From sequence record SRR20825019_2588: a DNA stretch of 64,000 nt; one strand, written 5' to 3'. The notes beneath the pieces are model-generated. The model did no database searches. It saw only the letters and a program-made list of their open reading frames with translations, and was not told where the DNA came from. This document shows positions 21,700 through 32,116 of this stretch, one piece after another; positions within the stretch are counted from its first letter, which is position 1, and every line of letters starts with the position of its first letter. Position numbers and translations under genes: made by a program.

Positions 21700-22992
21700 C
21701 TACATCAGCCAACGAAGCTGCAACCCCACAATATCAACACTGGCGTCATATTCACCGCGGAGATTGTAACCACTGTCATCCGTTTCATTAATGCTGGGAT
21801 CATCCATAAACAAGTGGGCGTAGGCCGCATCAATCACAATATTATCAGAGTAGTGATAGCTTGCACCGAAAGCGACCCATTTCCTGTCAGTACCCGGAAT
21901 GCGAGCAGTTCGCCGTTCACTACTGGGGATGGGGGTTTCATCGTAAGCAATGCCGGTACGGAACTGCCATTTGTCATTATGCTGATAACTCAGACCCAGG
22001 CCATAACGCATTGAGTTTTCCCAGTCTTCAGGTTTGAGTGAAGATAGCTGACCACCGTCAGACTTGATATTTAATTCTTCGAAGCGGTTCCATCGAGTGA
22101 GCGTGGCATCCGCCGAAACAGCCCACTTGCTGTTAATTTGATGGTGTATAGCAAGAGATAAAGTCTCTGGGAGATCGACATCAGCTTCAACATTGTCATC
22201 TACCAGCGTATTGCCGTTGGAATCCTTCAGCGTACCATCGCCCTCGAGCGTATGTGAGATTTTGGAGCGGAAGGAGAGACCGACGCGGGTCGAGTCCGTA
22301 GCTTGATAAATAATACCCAGGTTGTAACCATAGCCCCAATCATCAGCTCCGAGCTTGACCTTTCCATCGGCGGCTTGGGGAGCCCCGGCTCTGGCACCAA
22401 GATCGGCCATTTGAGTCAGTTTCACATCGATGTACTGAGCACTGACACCAAAGCCCAGGGAGAGCTTATCCGTCGCTTTGATGGCAATAGTTGGATTGAA
22501 GTTAACCGTCAGCATCTCAGATTTGACGGCAAAGTAACGGCCTACCCAGTCATCCCGATATTCAGTGACAAGGCCGAAAGGTGCCGAAACGCCAAGACCG
22601 AGGCTGATCTTGTCATTGACAGGATGGCTAAGGTAGAAATTAGGTACAAAAGCTTCATGGCCAGCATCGCCGCCATCACCACCGGTGAGCGGTTGACCGG
22701 AGAAACCACCGGCGCCACCAAAGTCTGGTACTGATGAACCTTCATTACGAAACTCAGACTGTGGCTTGATGTAATTCAGCCCCATATCGAGTTCACCGCG
22801 TTTCAGATAGGTCAGACCGGCAGGATTGAAAAATATTGTGCTGGCATCTTCAGCAACGGCAGCACTACCGGCAAAAGCGCGGCCCAGACTGGTGATACTT
22901 TGCTCTTTAATCGCGAAGCCGGCTGCGGACACCGTCTGCGGCAGACTGCCTAATAATATGAGTGCTGAAATATTTTTTAGTTTCGAGTTCAT
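21700..22992 (-). CDS. fadL: FadL/OmpP1 family outer-membrane long-chain fatty acid transporter
   Basis: Signal peptide then AGFAIKEQS..LGRAFAG..NPAG hatch motif; adjacent to acyl-CoA ligase. Confidence 0.88.
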   Translation of the reverse strand: MNSKLKNISALILLGSLPQTVSAAGFAIKEQSITSLGRAFAGSAAVAEDASTIFFNPAGLTYLKRGELDMGLNYIKPQSEFRNEGSSVPDFGGAGGFSGQPLTGGDGGDAGHEAFVPNFYLSHPVNDKISLGLGVSAPFGLVTEYRDDWVGRYFAVKSEMLTVNFNPTIAIKATDKLSLGFGVSAQYIDVKLTQMADLGARAGAPQAADGKVKLGADDWGYGYNLGIIYQATDSTRVGLSFRSKISHTLEGDGTLKDSNGNTLVDDNVEADVDLPETLSLAIHHQINSKWAVSADATLTRWNRFEELNIKSDGGQLSSLKPEDWENSMRYGLGLSYQHNDKWQFRTGIAYDETPIPSSERRTARIPGTDRKWVAFGASYHYSDNIVIDAAYAHLFMDDPSINETDDSGYNLRGEYDASVDIVGLQLRWLM

Positions 22993-23077
22993 AGTCAACC
23001 ACTTGCGTCATTATCTTAATTAATGGTCTAAGCTATATTAAGCGTTCAACGGACGCAAGTATTTATCAAGAAACTTG

Positions 23078-23764
23078 TTAAATTCGCTCGAATAACAAAT
23101 CCCAGACGCCATGGCCCAGTCGATGCCCACGCTGTTCAAATTTGGTGACAGGGCGATAGTCTGGACGTTCAATAAAACCGTCGTCATTGCCACAATTAAC
23201 AAATCGCTGGTTACCCGAAACATCGACAAGCATCTGTTCGGCGTAGTCCTGCCAATCAGTGGCAAGGTGAAGGTGACCGCGATGTTTGAGTTTATTTGCC
23301 AGCACATTGATAAAGTTGGGCTGGATAATGCGTCGTTTGTGATGACGTTTTTTGTGCCATGGGTCAGGGAAATAAATCTGGACCCTGTCCAGACTGTGAT
23401 CCTGAATCCGGTGTTTGAGTAATTCAACGGCATCGGTGCAGGCGACACGAACGTTGCTGAGTCCCAGCGTCTGAATAGAGTTCAATAACTGGCCGACCCC
23501 GGGACGGTGAACTTCGATACCGATGAAATCCTGATCAGGCTGATTTTTTGCCATCTCTGCCAGTGAAGCGCCGTTGCCGAAACCGATTTCCAGTACTACT
23601 GGCGCACTGCGGCCGAACATCATGTTCAGATTAATGGGCTCGTGATTGTCATCAATGCCAAATGCGGGCCAGAGTTCATCGAGCGCTTTCTGCTGGCCCG
23701 GGGTCAGCCGGCCTTCGCGGCGAACAAAACTTCGGATAGGGCGCATGACTCTGGATTCGGACAT
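23078..23764 (-). CDS. trmB: tRNA (guanine-N7)-methyltransferase
   Basis: IRSFVRREGR, LEIGFGNG, FPDPWHKKRHHKRR, ATDWQDYA. Confidence 0.96.
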   Translation of the reverse strand: MSESRVMRPIRSFVRREGRLTPGQQKALDELWPAFGIDDNHEPINLNMMFGRSAPVVLEIGFGNGASLAEMAKNQPDQDFIGIEVHRPGVGQLLNSIQTLGLSNVRVACTDAVELLKHRIQDHSLDRVQIYFPDPWHKKRHHKRRIIQPNFINVLANKLKHRGHLHLATDWQDYAEQMLVDVSGNQRFVNCGNDDGFIERPDYRPVTKFEQRGHRLGHGVWDLLFERI

Positions 23765-24032
23765 GGTGAGCTGTTTTCCTGCAGGTGAAAATAAACCTGC
23801 GATCATACCTGAATGGTCGTTCTCTGGGGATGGTCAGTTAGCTTGTTTGTGATGGTCCACAGGTTTAGGATCTGAACATAAGTCATGGATTAATCTGTCA
23901 ATCCGACTGTTGTATTTCAGCGCCAGCCAAACTGGTAGAATGACAATATTTGTGTTGTGCACATTTTGCGTCAAAGCGGCGCCAGTAATACGTTCACAAA
24001 GCATTATGACTCAATTAAAACGAATTCGTCGT

Positions 24033-24061
24033 ATGCCAAAATAGACCTTTCAAGGTATAAT
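24033..24061 (+). promoter_or_regulatory. Candidate sigma70 promoter for edd-eda
   Basis: ATGCCA-17 bp-TATAAT. Confidence 0.4.
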
Positions 24062-24152
24062 GGTGGGTCTTGACATAAAATCTTCGGGACATTCCGAGCC
24101 CGGCAATCCTTTGCGAATACAACAGGCAAAGCATTAAAGAGAGAAGGAAACT

Positions 24153-25976
24153 ATGGTTCATCCAGTATTAGAAAGCGTCACCAATGACGTAATCGAAAGA
24201 AGCAAAAAAACGCGATCGGTTTATCTGTCGCGAATCGATGAAGCCGTTGGCAAAGGTCCTCATCGCGGGGTATTAGGATGCGGTAACCTGGCTCACGGAT
24301 TTGCAGCCTGCTCAATGACTGATAAAGCCGACCTCGCCGGTGACCAAAAAGCGAATATCGCGATTATCTCTTCCTACAACGACATGCTGTCGGCGCATCA
24401 GCCATTCAAGGATTTTCCAGCCATCATCAAAGATGCAGCTCACCAGGCTGGCGGTGTGGCACAGTTCGCCGGTGGTGTGCCTGCGATGTGTGATGGTATT
24501 ACTCAGGGTCAGCCAGGCATGGAACTGTCTCTGTTCAGCCGTGATGTCATCGCTATGGCCACAGCGGTCGGCCTCAGCCACAACATGTTTGATGCGGCGC
24601 TGTATCTCGGTGTCTGTGACAAAATTGTACCGGGTCTGCTGATTGGCGCTCTCAGCTTTGGTCACTTGCCGGCGGTGTTTGTCCCTGCCGGTCCGATGCC
24701 GAGTGGTATGCCCAACAAAGAAAAAGTCCGTATCCGCCAGTTGTATGCCGAAGGCAAGGTGGGACGCGACGAACTGCTGAAAGCAGAATCCGAGTCTTAT
24801 CACAGTCCGGGTACCTGTACCTTCTATGGCACCGCCAACAGTAACCAGATGATGGTGGAAATGATGGGTCTGCACTTGCCTGGCAGTTCATTCATTAATC
24901 CCAACACACCACTGCGTGACGCTCTGACCAAGCGTGCTACCGAGCAAGTGCTTAAATTCACTTCGCTGGGTGACGATTTCCGTCCGATTGGTCATATGAT
25001 TAATGAAAAAGCCATTATTAATGCATTGGTTGGTCTGCTGGCGACGGGTGGTTCTACTAATCACACCATGCACCTTGTCGCGATTGCCCGTGCTGCCGGT
25101 ATTATCATTAACTGGGATGACTTTGACCGTTTGTCCAAGATCATTCCATCACTGACCCGCATCTACCCGAACGGTACTGCGGATGTGAACCATTTCCAGG
25201 CCGCCGGTGGTATGGGTGTGCTGATTCGTGAATTGTCACAGAATGGTTTGATGCACACCGATATCCTGACCATTGGTGATGACAAGGGTATGGAACAATA
25301 CACCCGTGAACCGACTTTGGAAAATGGTGAACTGACCTGGAAAGACGGCCCTGAAGCCTCACTGGATCCGGAAGTTATCAGCAGTGTCAGCGCGCCGTTT
25401 GGCACCAGCGGTGGTTTGCACTTGATCCAGGGTAACCTGGGTCGTGGTATGTCTAAAATTTCTGCCGTCGATCCCAAGCATCAAGTGGTGGAAGCACCGG
25501 CTATGGTGTTTGATAATCAGGATCACGTGGTTGAAGCCTTTAAGCGTGGTGAAATGAACAAAGACGTTATCGTTGTTCTACGCTTCCAGGGACCGAAAGC
25601 CAATGGTATGCCTGAGCTGCACAAACTCACGCCTCCATTAGGTGTATTACAGGATAAAGGCTATAAAGTGGCGCTGGTCACCGATGGTCGCATGTCAGGT
25701 GCATCCGGTAAGATTCCGTCAGCGATTCACCTGTGGCCTGAATGTGCCGATGGCAATCTGATGACCAAAGTCCGTGACGGCGACATGATTCGTCTCGATA
25801 CCCAGAAGGGTGAACTGAACGTGATGGTTGATGAGGAAGAGCTGAATTCACGCATGGCGTGCGTTATGGCCAACACGGAACATCACTATGGCATGGGCCG
25901 TGAGCTGTTCGACAGCTTCCGCCAGGGCGTCTCGACTTCTGAGACCGGTGCTATCAACATGTTCAACGTCGAATAA
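24153..25976 (+). CDS. edd: Phosphogluconate dehydratase
   Basis: [40 protein letters not shown]. Confidence 0.97.
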   Translation: MVHPVLESVTNDVIERSKKTRSVYLSRIDEAVGKGPHRGVLGCGNLAHGFAACSMTDKADLAGDQKANIAIISSYNDMLSAHQPFKDFPAIIKDAAHQAGGVAQFAGGVPAMCDGITQGQPGMELSLFSRDVIAMATAVGLSHNMFDAALYLGVCDKIVPGLLIGALSFGHLPAVFVPAGPMPSGMPNKEKVRIRQLYAEGKVGRDELLKAESESYHSPGTCTFYGTANSNQMMVEMMGLHLPGSSFINPNTPLRDALTKRATEQVLKFTSLGDDFRPIGHMINEKAIINALVGLLATGGSTNHTMHLVAIARAAGIIINWDDFDRLSKIIPSLTRIYPNGTADVNHFQAAGGMGVLIRELSQNGLMHTDILTIGDDKGMEQYTREPTLENGELTWKDGPEASLDPEVISSVSAPFGTSGGLHLIQGNLGRGMSKISAVDPKHQVVEAPAMVFDNQDHVVEAFKRGEMNKDVIVVLRFQGPKANGMPELHKLTPPLGVLQDKGYKVALVTDGRMSGASGKIPSAIHLWPECADGNLMTKVRDGDMIRLDTQKGELNVMVDEEELNSRMACVMANTEHHYGMGRELFDSFRQGVSTSETGAINMFNVE

Positions 25977-26004
25977 TAACCAACAATCTGGAAAAGCATT
26001 ATCC

Positions 26005-26637
26005 ATGTCGAAAACAATTCATGAAATTATGAAAGTCTCGCCGGTTGTGCCGGTGATGGTCATTAACAATGCCGACCACGCTGTACCGCTGGCCAAAGCA
26101 CTGGTCAAAGGTGGCCTGAAGGTACTGGAAATTACTTTGCGTACGGATGCCGCACTGGAATCAATTCGTCGTATCAAGGCAGAAGTCCCGGATGCTATCG
26201 TCGGAGCCGGTACCATTATCAACATCGATACGCTGAATGCCGCGATTGATGCCGGTGCAGAATTTATCGTCAGTCCGGGTACCACTGACAGCCTGATTGA
26301 TGCCGCATTGAAAACCGGCGTGCCATTGCTGCCAGGTATTGCCAATCCTAGTGAAGCGATGCGTCTGTTGGAAAAAGGCATTACCGCGATGAAGTTTTTC
26401 CCGGCCGAAGCGGCTGGCGGTGTGCCTATGCTGAAATCAATTGGTGCGCCGATTCCGCAAATCACTTTCTGCCCGACCGGTGGCGTCAGCCAGAAAAACG
26501 TCAATGAATACTACAAGCTGCCTAATGTCGGCTGTGTGGGTGGTTCATGGATGTGTGCGGCTAATCTGGTCGATGCTGAAAACTGGGATGAAATCACTCG
26601 TCTTTCAGCAGAAGCGATTGAACTGGCTACTGCCTGA
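26005..26637 (+). CDS. eda: KDPG/KHG aldolase
   Basis: LEITLRT, VGAGT, KFFPAEAAGG, FCPTGG; start placed at MSKTIH. Confidence 0.96.
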   Translation: MSKTIHEIMKVSPVVPVMVINNADHAVPLAKALVKGGLKVLEITLRTDAALESIRRIKAEVPDAIVGAGTIINIDTLNAAIDAGAEFIVSPGTTDSLIDAALKTGVPLLPGIANPSEAMRLLEKGITAMKFFPAEAAGGVPMLKSIGAPIPQITFCPTGGVSQKNVNEYYKLPNVGCVGGSWMCAANLVDAENWDEITRLSAEAIELATA

Positions 26638-26660
26638 TTGTTTCAAGCTTCATTTAAATT

Positions 26661-26689
26661 AAAAAAGGCGCTGATCAGCGCCTTTTTTT
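26661..26689. terminator. Bidirectional terminator after eda
   Basis: aaaaaaggcgctg-at-cagcgcctttttt. Confidence 0.88.
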
Positions 26690-26700
26690 ATGGGCAGTTT

Positions 26701-26925
26701 GGATGACATGAGTAGAGAACCGAAACCTGTCATGCCGAGCGCAGCCGAGGCGTCTAGGAGGTCGGAGAGATCCTTCGCAGGCTCAGGATGACATGAGTAG
26801 AGAACAAATATCTGTCATGCCGAGCGAAGCCGAGGCATCTAGGAGGTCAGAGAGATCCTTCGACGGGCTCAGGATGACAAGGCGGTGAGTTGGAATTTGT
26901 CATGACGAGCCAAGCCGCGACATCC
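26701..26925. repeat. Tandem array of ~85-bp REP-like palindromic units (2 full + 2 partial)
   Basis: TGTCATG..GAGC starts at 26728, 26813, 26898; GGATGACA ends at 26708, 26793, 26879; each full unit is an imperfect hairpin TGTCAT..GAGC...GCTCAGGATGACA. Confidence 0.85.
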
Positions 26926-26947
26926 GGATTCAGAAAGGCGTTGCTAC

Positions 26948-27700
26948 TCAATCACGCTTCAACAAAATACCTCGGTTTAACCAGTCAGCAATCATCTGTC
27001 TTGCCCCTGCGGCTACCACTTCAGGTTGAGGGTGCTGCATTTCATTGACGATAGTTGCCACTGCCGTTTCACCTGTTTCACCCTGAGAGAGCAAATCCAT
27101 TAATTTAGCACTGACCGGGTTCAGTTCAATGAACTTAATCTCATCGGCTTCATTACGCAGCACCAGCAGGCAAACCGGTGTGTCATTCGGTGATTGCGGC
27201 TGGTTATCAACACTGATCTGTTGCACCGGAAACTGGTAGACCAGAAGCCAGGCTAATGGTGACTGCTGAAACTGCAAACTCAGACAATCTTCGTCAGCAA
27301 GCGGCGTGCGTTTAAATTCAGCTTCATGAATGCTTAAAGCCAGTTCCACCCACTCATAATGTGCCAGTTCTTTCAAAAAGGGTGGGTCGTCATCACTGAG
27401 CCGTTCATTTTCAAGATAAGCCATAAACTCGCGGGCGATTTCCACAAATAACGGCGTTTTGCACTGGTGCTTGACCATAAAGTCACGTACCAGCGTCTGC
27501 CATCTGTCCTCACTGAAGAGACTGCGAATTACCGGAAAGGCACTCTGCAAAGTACCACTGATATTGTTGAAAAACAGATCCCGATAAATCGCCATACGGC
27601 GGTCTTCAACCTGTTCAGGCGCCGGCTCATGTTCCGGGTTACGAATATGGGCGGCGAAGCGGTACTGTGTCGCTTTGAATGAATCAGCCGTGTGAGACAT
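26948..27700 (-). CDS. DUF2063/HvfC-like MNIO partner protein
   Basis: [33 protein letters not shown]; overlaps DUF692 stop. Confidence 0.88.
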   Translation of the reverse strand: MSHTADSFKATQYRFAAHIRNPEHEPAPEQVEDRRMAIYRDLFFNNISGTLQSAFPVIRSLFSEDRWQTLVRDFMVKHQCKTPLFVEIAREFMAYLENERLSDDDPPFLKELAHYEWVELALSIHEAEFKRTPLADEDCLSLQFQQSPLAWLLVYQFPVQQISVDNQPQSPNDTPVCLLVLRNEADEIKFIELNPVSAKLMDLLSQGETGETAVATIVNEMQHPQPEVVAAGARQMIADWLNRGILLKRD

Positions 27701-28532
27701 GTTGAAGTTGTGGTTGTTGTTGATAACGGTGAATCGTGCTGACTTCTTCCAGTAACTGTGGAAGTGGTGGAATATTGAAATCACGTTCCAGCAGAGTAGG
27801 AATGATGCCATGGTGCTGGTAAGTTTTTGCCAGCAAATCCCAGACCGGGTCGATCACATCCGCGCCATGCGTATCGACAACCAGGTCTTCCGCCTCGTTG
27901 TAATGGCCGGCAATATGAAGATAGGCGATGCGCTCAGAAGGCAGTGACTTGATATAGTCCATCGGGTCGTAGTGATGATTGACACTGTTTACAAACACAT
28001 TGTTAACGTCCAGCAACAGCTCGCAATCAGCTTCTTCAACAACGGCACGGATGAAGGCGATTTCATCCATCTGCTGACCCGGCGCGGCATAATAGGACAC
28101 ATTTTCTATCACCAGCCGGCGTTCCAGAATAGACTGAACCCGCTTGATACGATCAGCGACATAGTGCACCGCTTCCTCGGTAAAAGGAATCGGCATGAGA
28201 TCGTAGAGATGGCCGTCATCACTGCAATAGCTCAGGTGTTCGCTATAGCTGCGGATAGAATGCTTGTCGAAAAACTGCTTCAGTCGCTGCAGGAAATGTT
28301 CATCGAGTGGCGCCGGGCTGCCAATGGACAGGGACAAACCATGGCAGAGCATTGGGTAGCGTTCAGCCATGGCCGAGAATTTACGACCGAATGCACCGCC
28401 CATTTCCATCCAGTTCTCCGGTGCCACCTCGAGAAAATCGATGCCGGTGTTTTCCATCTCAGCCAGTTCATCGATAAAGCTACGGCGCAGTCCGAGACCG
28501 GCACCATTGACCGGATAGGTTTTTCTGCTCAT
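27684..28532 (-). CDS. DUF692 multinuclear non-heme iron oxidase (MNIO, HvfB/BufB-like)
   Basis: [52 protein letters not shown]. Confidence 0.93.
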   Translation of the reverse strand: MSRKTYPVNGAGLGLRRSFIDELAEMENTGIDFLEVAPENWMEMGGAFGRKFSAMAERYPMLCHGLSLSIGSPAPLDEHFLQRLKQFFDKHSIRSYSEHLSYCSDDGHLYDLMPIPFTEEAVHYVADRIKRVQSILERRLVIENVSYYAAPGQQMDEIAFIRAVVEEADCELLLDVNNVFVNSVNHHYDPMDYIKSLPSERIAYLHIAGHYNEAEDLVVDTHGADVIDPVWDLLAKTYQHHGIIPTLLERDFNIPPLPQLLEEVSTIHRYQQQPQLQHVSHG

Positions 28533-28599
28533 AAAACACTCCTGCATTCAGACTCTATCACTGTGACGCTCAGGCCGGCAGATTGTTACAAACGCAGTC

Positions 28600-29352
28600 T
28601 CAGTCGAGATTGACCTCAAACATAGTGCGATCGACACCGACATTGCCGGTAGTAGGGTCGACCATATAGACAATGGCTTTGTAGTGACCGGACTGTTTAA
28701 TGTCTGTTTTACCGGAGAACATGCCCACCGGACCAGTAAATTCTAATGGTACTTCAGCGATTTTGTCCTCATCCTGCATCAGCACCGCTTTGACTTCATA
28801 GTTATCCGGCTTCCAGTGGCCATCGTTGGTGATAGGGCAGCCACACAACAGCGAGGCTTTGGTGTAAAACTCGACTTTGCCACCTTCCAGCACCTGGGTC
28901 CAGGCATCAACGATAAAGCCGGGCATGTTCAGAATAATCCCGTCACCCAACAGATGTTTGCCCGGTACAACCCATGAGGTCACAGTCGCTTCCTGCAGCG
29001 ACTGACGGTAGCCATAAGGGCCCATCAGTTTGAATTTCAACAGGCGCGGTGCATCGATATCCACTTCGGCCAGATAACCGGCAGTTTTATCATCGGTCAG
29101 TTTTTGTCCGCGCTCAACCGGGTTTTTTATCAGCACATCGGTGTCGCCGGTACCCCCGTTGATCCAGCCCTCGTCGAGGATTTCACCGGTTTCAGCATCT
29201 TCCACCACCACGCGAACACCACCGACGCTGGTGCCGATAAATTTGGCATCAACTGCCTTGGCGCGAACCATGATTTGGGTATTTTCAGCACTGGCAGGCA
29301 GGCTCAATGTGATAAAAAAGGGAAGGAGCAGGGCAACAATCAATTTCTTCAT
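28600..29352 (-). CDS. Secreted hypothetical protein with CGCP motif
   Basis: Sec signal peptide (MKKLIV..PASA), DAKFIGTSVGG, LLCGCP; function not recognised. Confidence 0.7.
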   Translation of the reverse strand: MKKLIVALLLPFFITLSLPASAENTQIMVRAKAVDAKFIGTSVGGVRVVVEDAETGEILDEGWINGGTGDTDVLIKNPVERGQKLTDDKTAGYLAEVDIDAPRLLKFKLMGPYGYRQSLQEATVTSWVVPGKHLLGDGIILNMPGFIVDAWTQVLEGGKVEFYTKASLLCGCPITNDGHWKPDNYEVKAVLMQDEDKIAEVPLEFTGPVGMFSGKTDIKQSGHYKAIVYMVDPTTGNVGVDRTMFEVNLD

Positions 29353-29561
29353 GGCAGACCTCATAGTCAGTAAAAGGGGAATAGCACTCTCTCTGTGACC
29401 ATTATGGCCGAGCATTGTTCTGTTTGCATCCGCTTCGAAAGCAGCCTTCACTGATTCTTGTCGGCAACTGCTACAATGTGGCTCTGTGAAACTTGAGGCA
29501 AGCGCATCGGTCATTAATCTGACGTTTTGCCAAGTAGTTATTCCCTGACAGGTATCGCTTC

Positions 29562-30542
29562 ATGCTCGCTTACATCATCAGACGGATTCTCTATGCTTTT
29601 CCCATTCTGTTGGGGGTCAATGCACTGACATTCGTTTTATTCTTTATGGTAAACACGCCGGAAGATATGGCGCGTATGCATCTCGGTAACAAGTATGTGA
29701 CTGAGGCGGCGATTGAAACCTGGAAAGAGGAACGCGGTTATGACCGGCCGCTACTGTGGAACAGTGAATCAGAGGGCATCGATAAGGTCACCGATACGAT
29801 TTTCTTTGCCAAATCTTTAACCCTGTTTGTGTTTGAGTTCGGCCAGGCCGATGACGGCCGTGATATCGGTGAGGATATCAAGAACCGCATGTGGCCGAGC
29901 CTGGCCATTGCGATACCGATATTGATTATCGGACTCATGGTCAATATTACTTTTGCCATGCTGATGGTGTTCTTCCGGGCGACCTATGTCGATCTCAGCG
30001 GGGTGATTTTATGTGTGGTTCTGATGTCGATTTCCGGCCTTTTTTATATTATCGGTGGTCAATTTCTGGTCGGAAAAATCATGCAACTGGTTCCGATATC
30101 GGGTTATGCGGAAGGGTTTGACGCCACCAAGTTTCTGATCCTGCCGGTGGCCATCGGTATTATTTCCGGTATCGGCAGTGGCTCACGTTGGTACCGCACT
30201 TTATTTCTGGAAGAAGCCTCCAAAGATTATGTCCGCACTGCACGGGCAAAGGGGCTGTCTGAGGTTCGGGTATTGTTTTCGCATGTCCTGAAAAACGCGA
30301 TGATCCCCATCCTGACCGGCATCGTTGTGGTTCTGCCAACCCTGTTCATGGGCAGTTTGATACTGGAATCATTCTTTGGTATTCCGGGCCTCGGCAGCTA
30401 CACGATAGATGCCATTCATGCGCAGGATTTTGCCATTGTCCGCGCTATGGTTTTCCTGGGCTCCGTACTTTATATCATCGGCCTGATGCTCACCGATATT
30501 TCCTATACGGTGGTCGACCCGCGGGTTCGTCTCGATGACTGA
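29562..30542 (+). CDS. Peptide ABC transporter permease (OppB/DppB-like)
   Basis: YIIRRIL start, DYVRTARAKGLSE EAA loop, C-terminal VDPRVR. Confidence 0.92.
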   Translation: MLAYIIRRILYAFPILLGVNALTFVLFFMVNTPEDMARMHLGNKYVTEAAIETWKEERGYDRPLLWNSESEGIDKVTDTIFFAKSLTLFVFEFGQADDGRDIGEDIKNRMWPSLAIAIPILIIGLMVNITFAMLMVFFRATYVDLSGVILCVVLMSISGLFYIIGGQFLVGKIMQLVPISGYAEGFDATKFLILPVAIGIISGIGSGSRWYRTLFLEEASKDYVRTARAKGLSEVRVLFSHVLKNAMIPILTGIVVVLPTLFMGSLILESFFGIPGLGSYTIDAIHAQDFAIVRAMVFLGSVLYIIGLMLTDISYTVVDPRVRLDD

Positions 30543-31356
30543 GTCGGTTCAAATTCGTGAGCAGGCTTTGCAATGTCTGCTTATCGCTGATCCGTGGCTC
30601 AAAGCCGCTGCTACCCAGGCCCTGTATAAACAGAGCCAGGAGCAAGGCTTTGTGTTATCCCGGGCAGTACTGAACGTACCGGAATTTCCCGGCAGGCCGG
30701 ATGAACCGGCACTGGTGCCGCCTCGGGACTTGCCGCGTCGGCGTAACAATCAGCAAACGGGTCATGCCACTCTGATTCATGCGATTTGTCACATCGAGTT
30801 CAACGCCATTAATCTGGGCCTCGATGCCATCGCCCGTTTTCATGAGATGCCTGAAGATTATTATGCCGACTGGCTGCAGGTGGCTTATGAAGAGTCCACC
30901 CATTTTGAAATGCTCGACAAGCACCTGAAAACGATGGGGTTTAATTACGGTGATTTTCCAGCACATGACGGTATGTGGGAAATGGCCAGAAAAACCCATC
31001 ATGATCCTTTAACCCGCATGGCACTGGTGCCAAGAGTCCTGGAAGCACGCGGTTTAGATGTGACCCCGTCGATGATGAACAAACTCAGAAGTTCTGATGA
31101 TCATCAAGCTGTTGAAATCCTGGAAACCATTCTGCGGGAAGAGATTGGGCACGTAAAAGTCGGTACCCGCTGGTTTAACTATCTCTGTGAGCTGCGAGAG
31201 ATGGACCCATACCAGACTTTCAAAGACTTGCTGGAAACCTATTTTAATGGTGAAATCCGAGGCCCGTTCCACACCGATGCCAGAATGGCAGCCGGTTTCA
31301 GCGAGGCCGAAATGGCCTTACTGGAATCGCAGGCAGTGTATAAGAAACGTGCCTGA
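30535..31356 (+). CDS. Ferritin-like DUF455 protein
   Basis: HAICHIEFNAINL, EESTHF, LEARGLDVTP, EEIGHV. Confidence 0.88.
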   Translation: MTESVQIREQALQCLLIADPWLKAAATQALYKQSQEQGFVLSRAVLNVPEFPGRPDEPALVPPRDLPRRRNNQQTGHATLIHAICHIEFNAINLGLDAIARFHEMPEDYYADWLQVAYEESTHFEMLDKHLKTMGFNYGDFPAHDGMWEMARKTHHDPLTRMALVPRVLEARGLDVTPSMMNKLRSSDDHQAVEILETILREEIGHVKVGTRWFNYLCELREMDPYQTFKDLLETYFNGEIRGPFHTDARMAAGFSEAEMALLESQAVYKKRA

Positions 31357-31357
31357 A

Positions 31358-31672
31358 TCAGTCTTCTGACTGTTTGGCTTTTTTCTTAGCCATTTCCGCT
31401 TTCTGGCGGCGGGATTCTTTGGGATCGGCAATCAACGGACGGTAAATCTCAATCCGATCTTTGTGATTAAGCGTGGCGTTCAGTTTACACATTTTGCCAA
31501 AAATACCGACTTTGTCGGTGCTCAAATCTATCTGTGGGTAACGTTCCAGAATACCCGAGCGTTTAATCGCTTCTTCAACCTGACAATCGGCAGGGACTTC
31601 AATTTCCAGAATCAGTTGTTCATCGGGCAGGGCGTAGGCCACTTCCACCACGATAAGTTCAGCGTTTTCCAT
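31358..31672 (-). CDS. rnfH: RnfH/RatB ubiquitin-like protein
   Basis: VEVAYALP, VGIFGK, DRIEIYRPLIADPKE. Confidence 0.92.
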   Translation of the reverse strand: MENAELIVVEVAYALPDEQLILEIEVPADCQVEEAIKRSGILERYPQIDLSTDKVGIFGKMCKLNATLNHKDRIEIYRPLIADPKESRRQKAEMAKKKAKQSED

Positions 31673-32099
31673 AGATTTCCTGAGCACGTTTGCAGAAGGC
31701 ATCAACCAGCGAGCCGGAGATTTGGGTAAAGACCGGGCCTAAAGCCAAATCAAGCAGGCGGGTGGAAAACTCAAAGTCCATATCCAGCTGCACCCGGCAA
31801 CCCTGGTTGTCACCGATGGGCTTGAATTGCCAGTGACCCTCCAGATGCCGGAAAGGGCCATCGATGAGCTCGATACGGATCGCATTGCCGTGGTCGAGCA
31901 CATTGCGGGTGGAGAATTCATGGTGAATGCCGCCCTTGGCGATATCCAGTGCCGCACAAATCACATCTTCATTTTTGCTGAGGATGCGACTGCCACGACA
32001 CCAGGGCAGAAAACGCGGGTAGGCTTCCACATCATTGACCAGATCAAACATCTGGTCAGGTGTATACATCACCAAAGAACTTCTTGTAATGGTAGTCAT
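31659..32099 (-). CDS. ratA: RatA/PasT (START-domain, Coq10-like) protein
   Basis: MFDLVNDVEAYPRFLPWC, DGPFRHLEGHW, VDAFCKRA. Confidence 0.92.
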   Translation of the reverse strand: MTTITRSSLVMYTPDQMFDLVNDVEAYPRFLPWCRGSRILSKNEDVICAALDIAKGGIHHEFSTRNVLDHGNAIRIELIDGPFRHLEGHWQFKPIGDNQGCRVQLDMDFEFSTRLLDLALGPVFTQISGSLVDAFCKRAQEIYGKR

Positions 32100-32116
32100 T
32101 AGCTCGGGTTAATATC

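Noticed and set aside
26701-26925. Possible CRISPR array
   Set aside because: Units are about 66-nt hairpins, the linkers are duplicated rather than unique spacers, and no cas genes are present.
31358-32099. ratA/rnfH as an accessory toxin-antitoxin system
   Set aside because: This is a conserved core pair near smpB; RatA is a Coq10-like protein.
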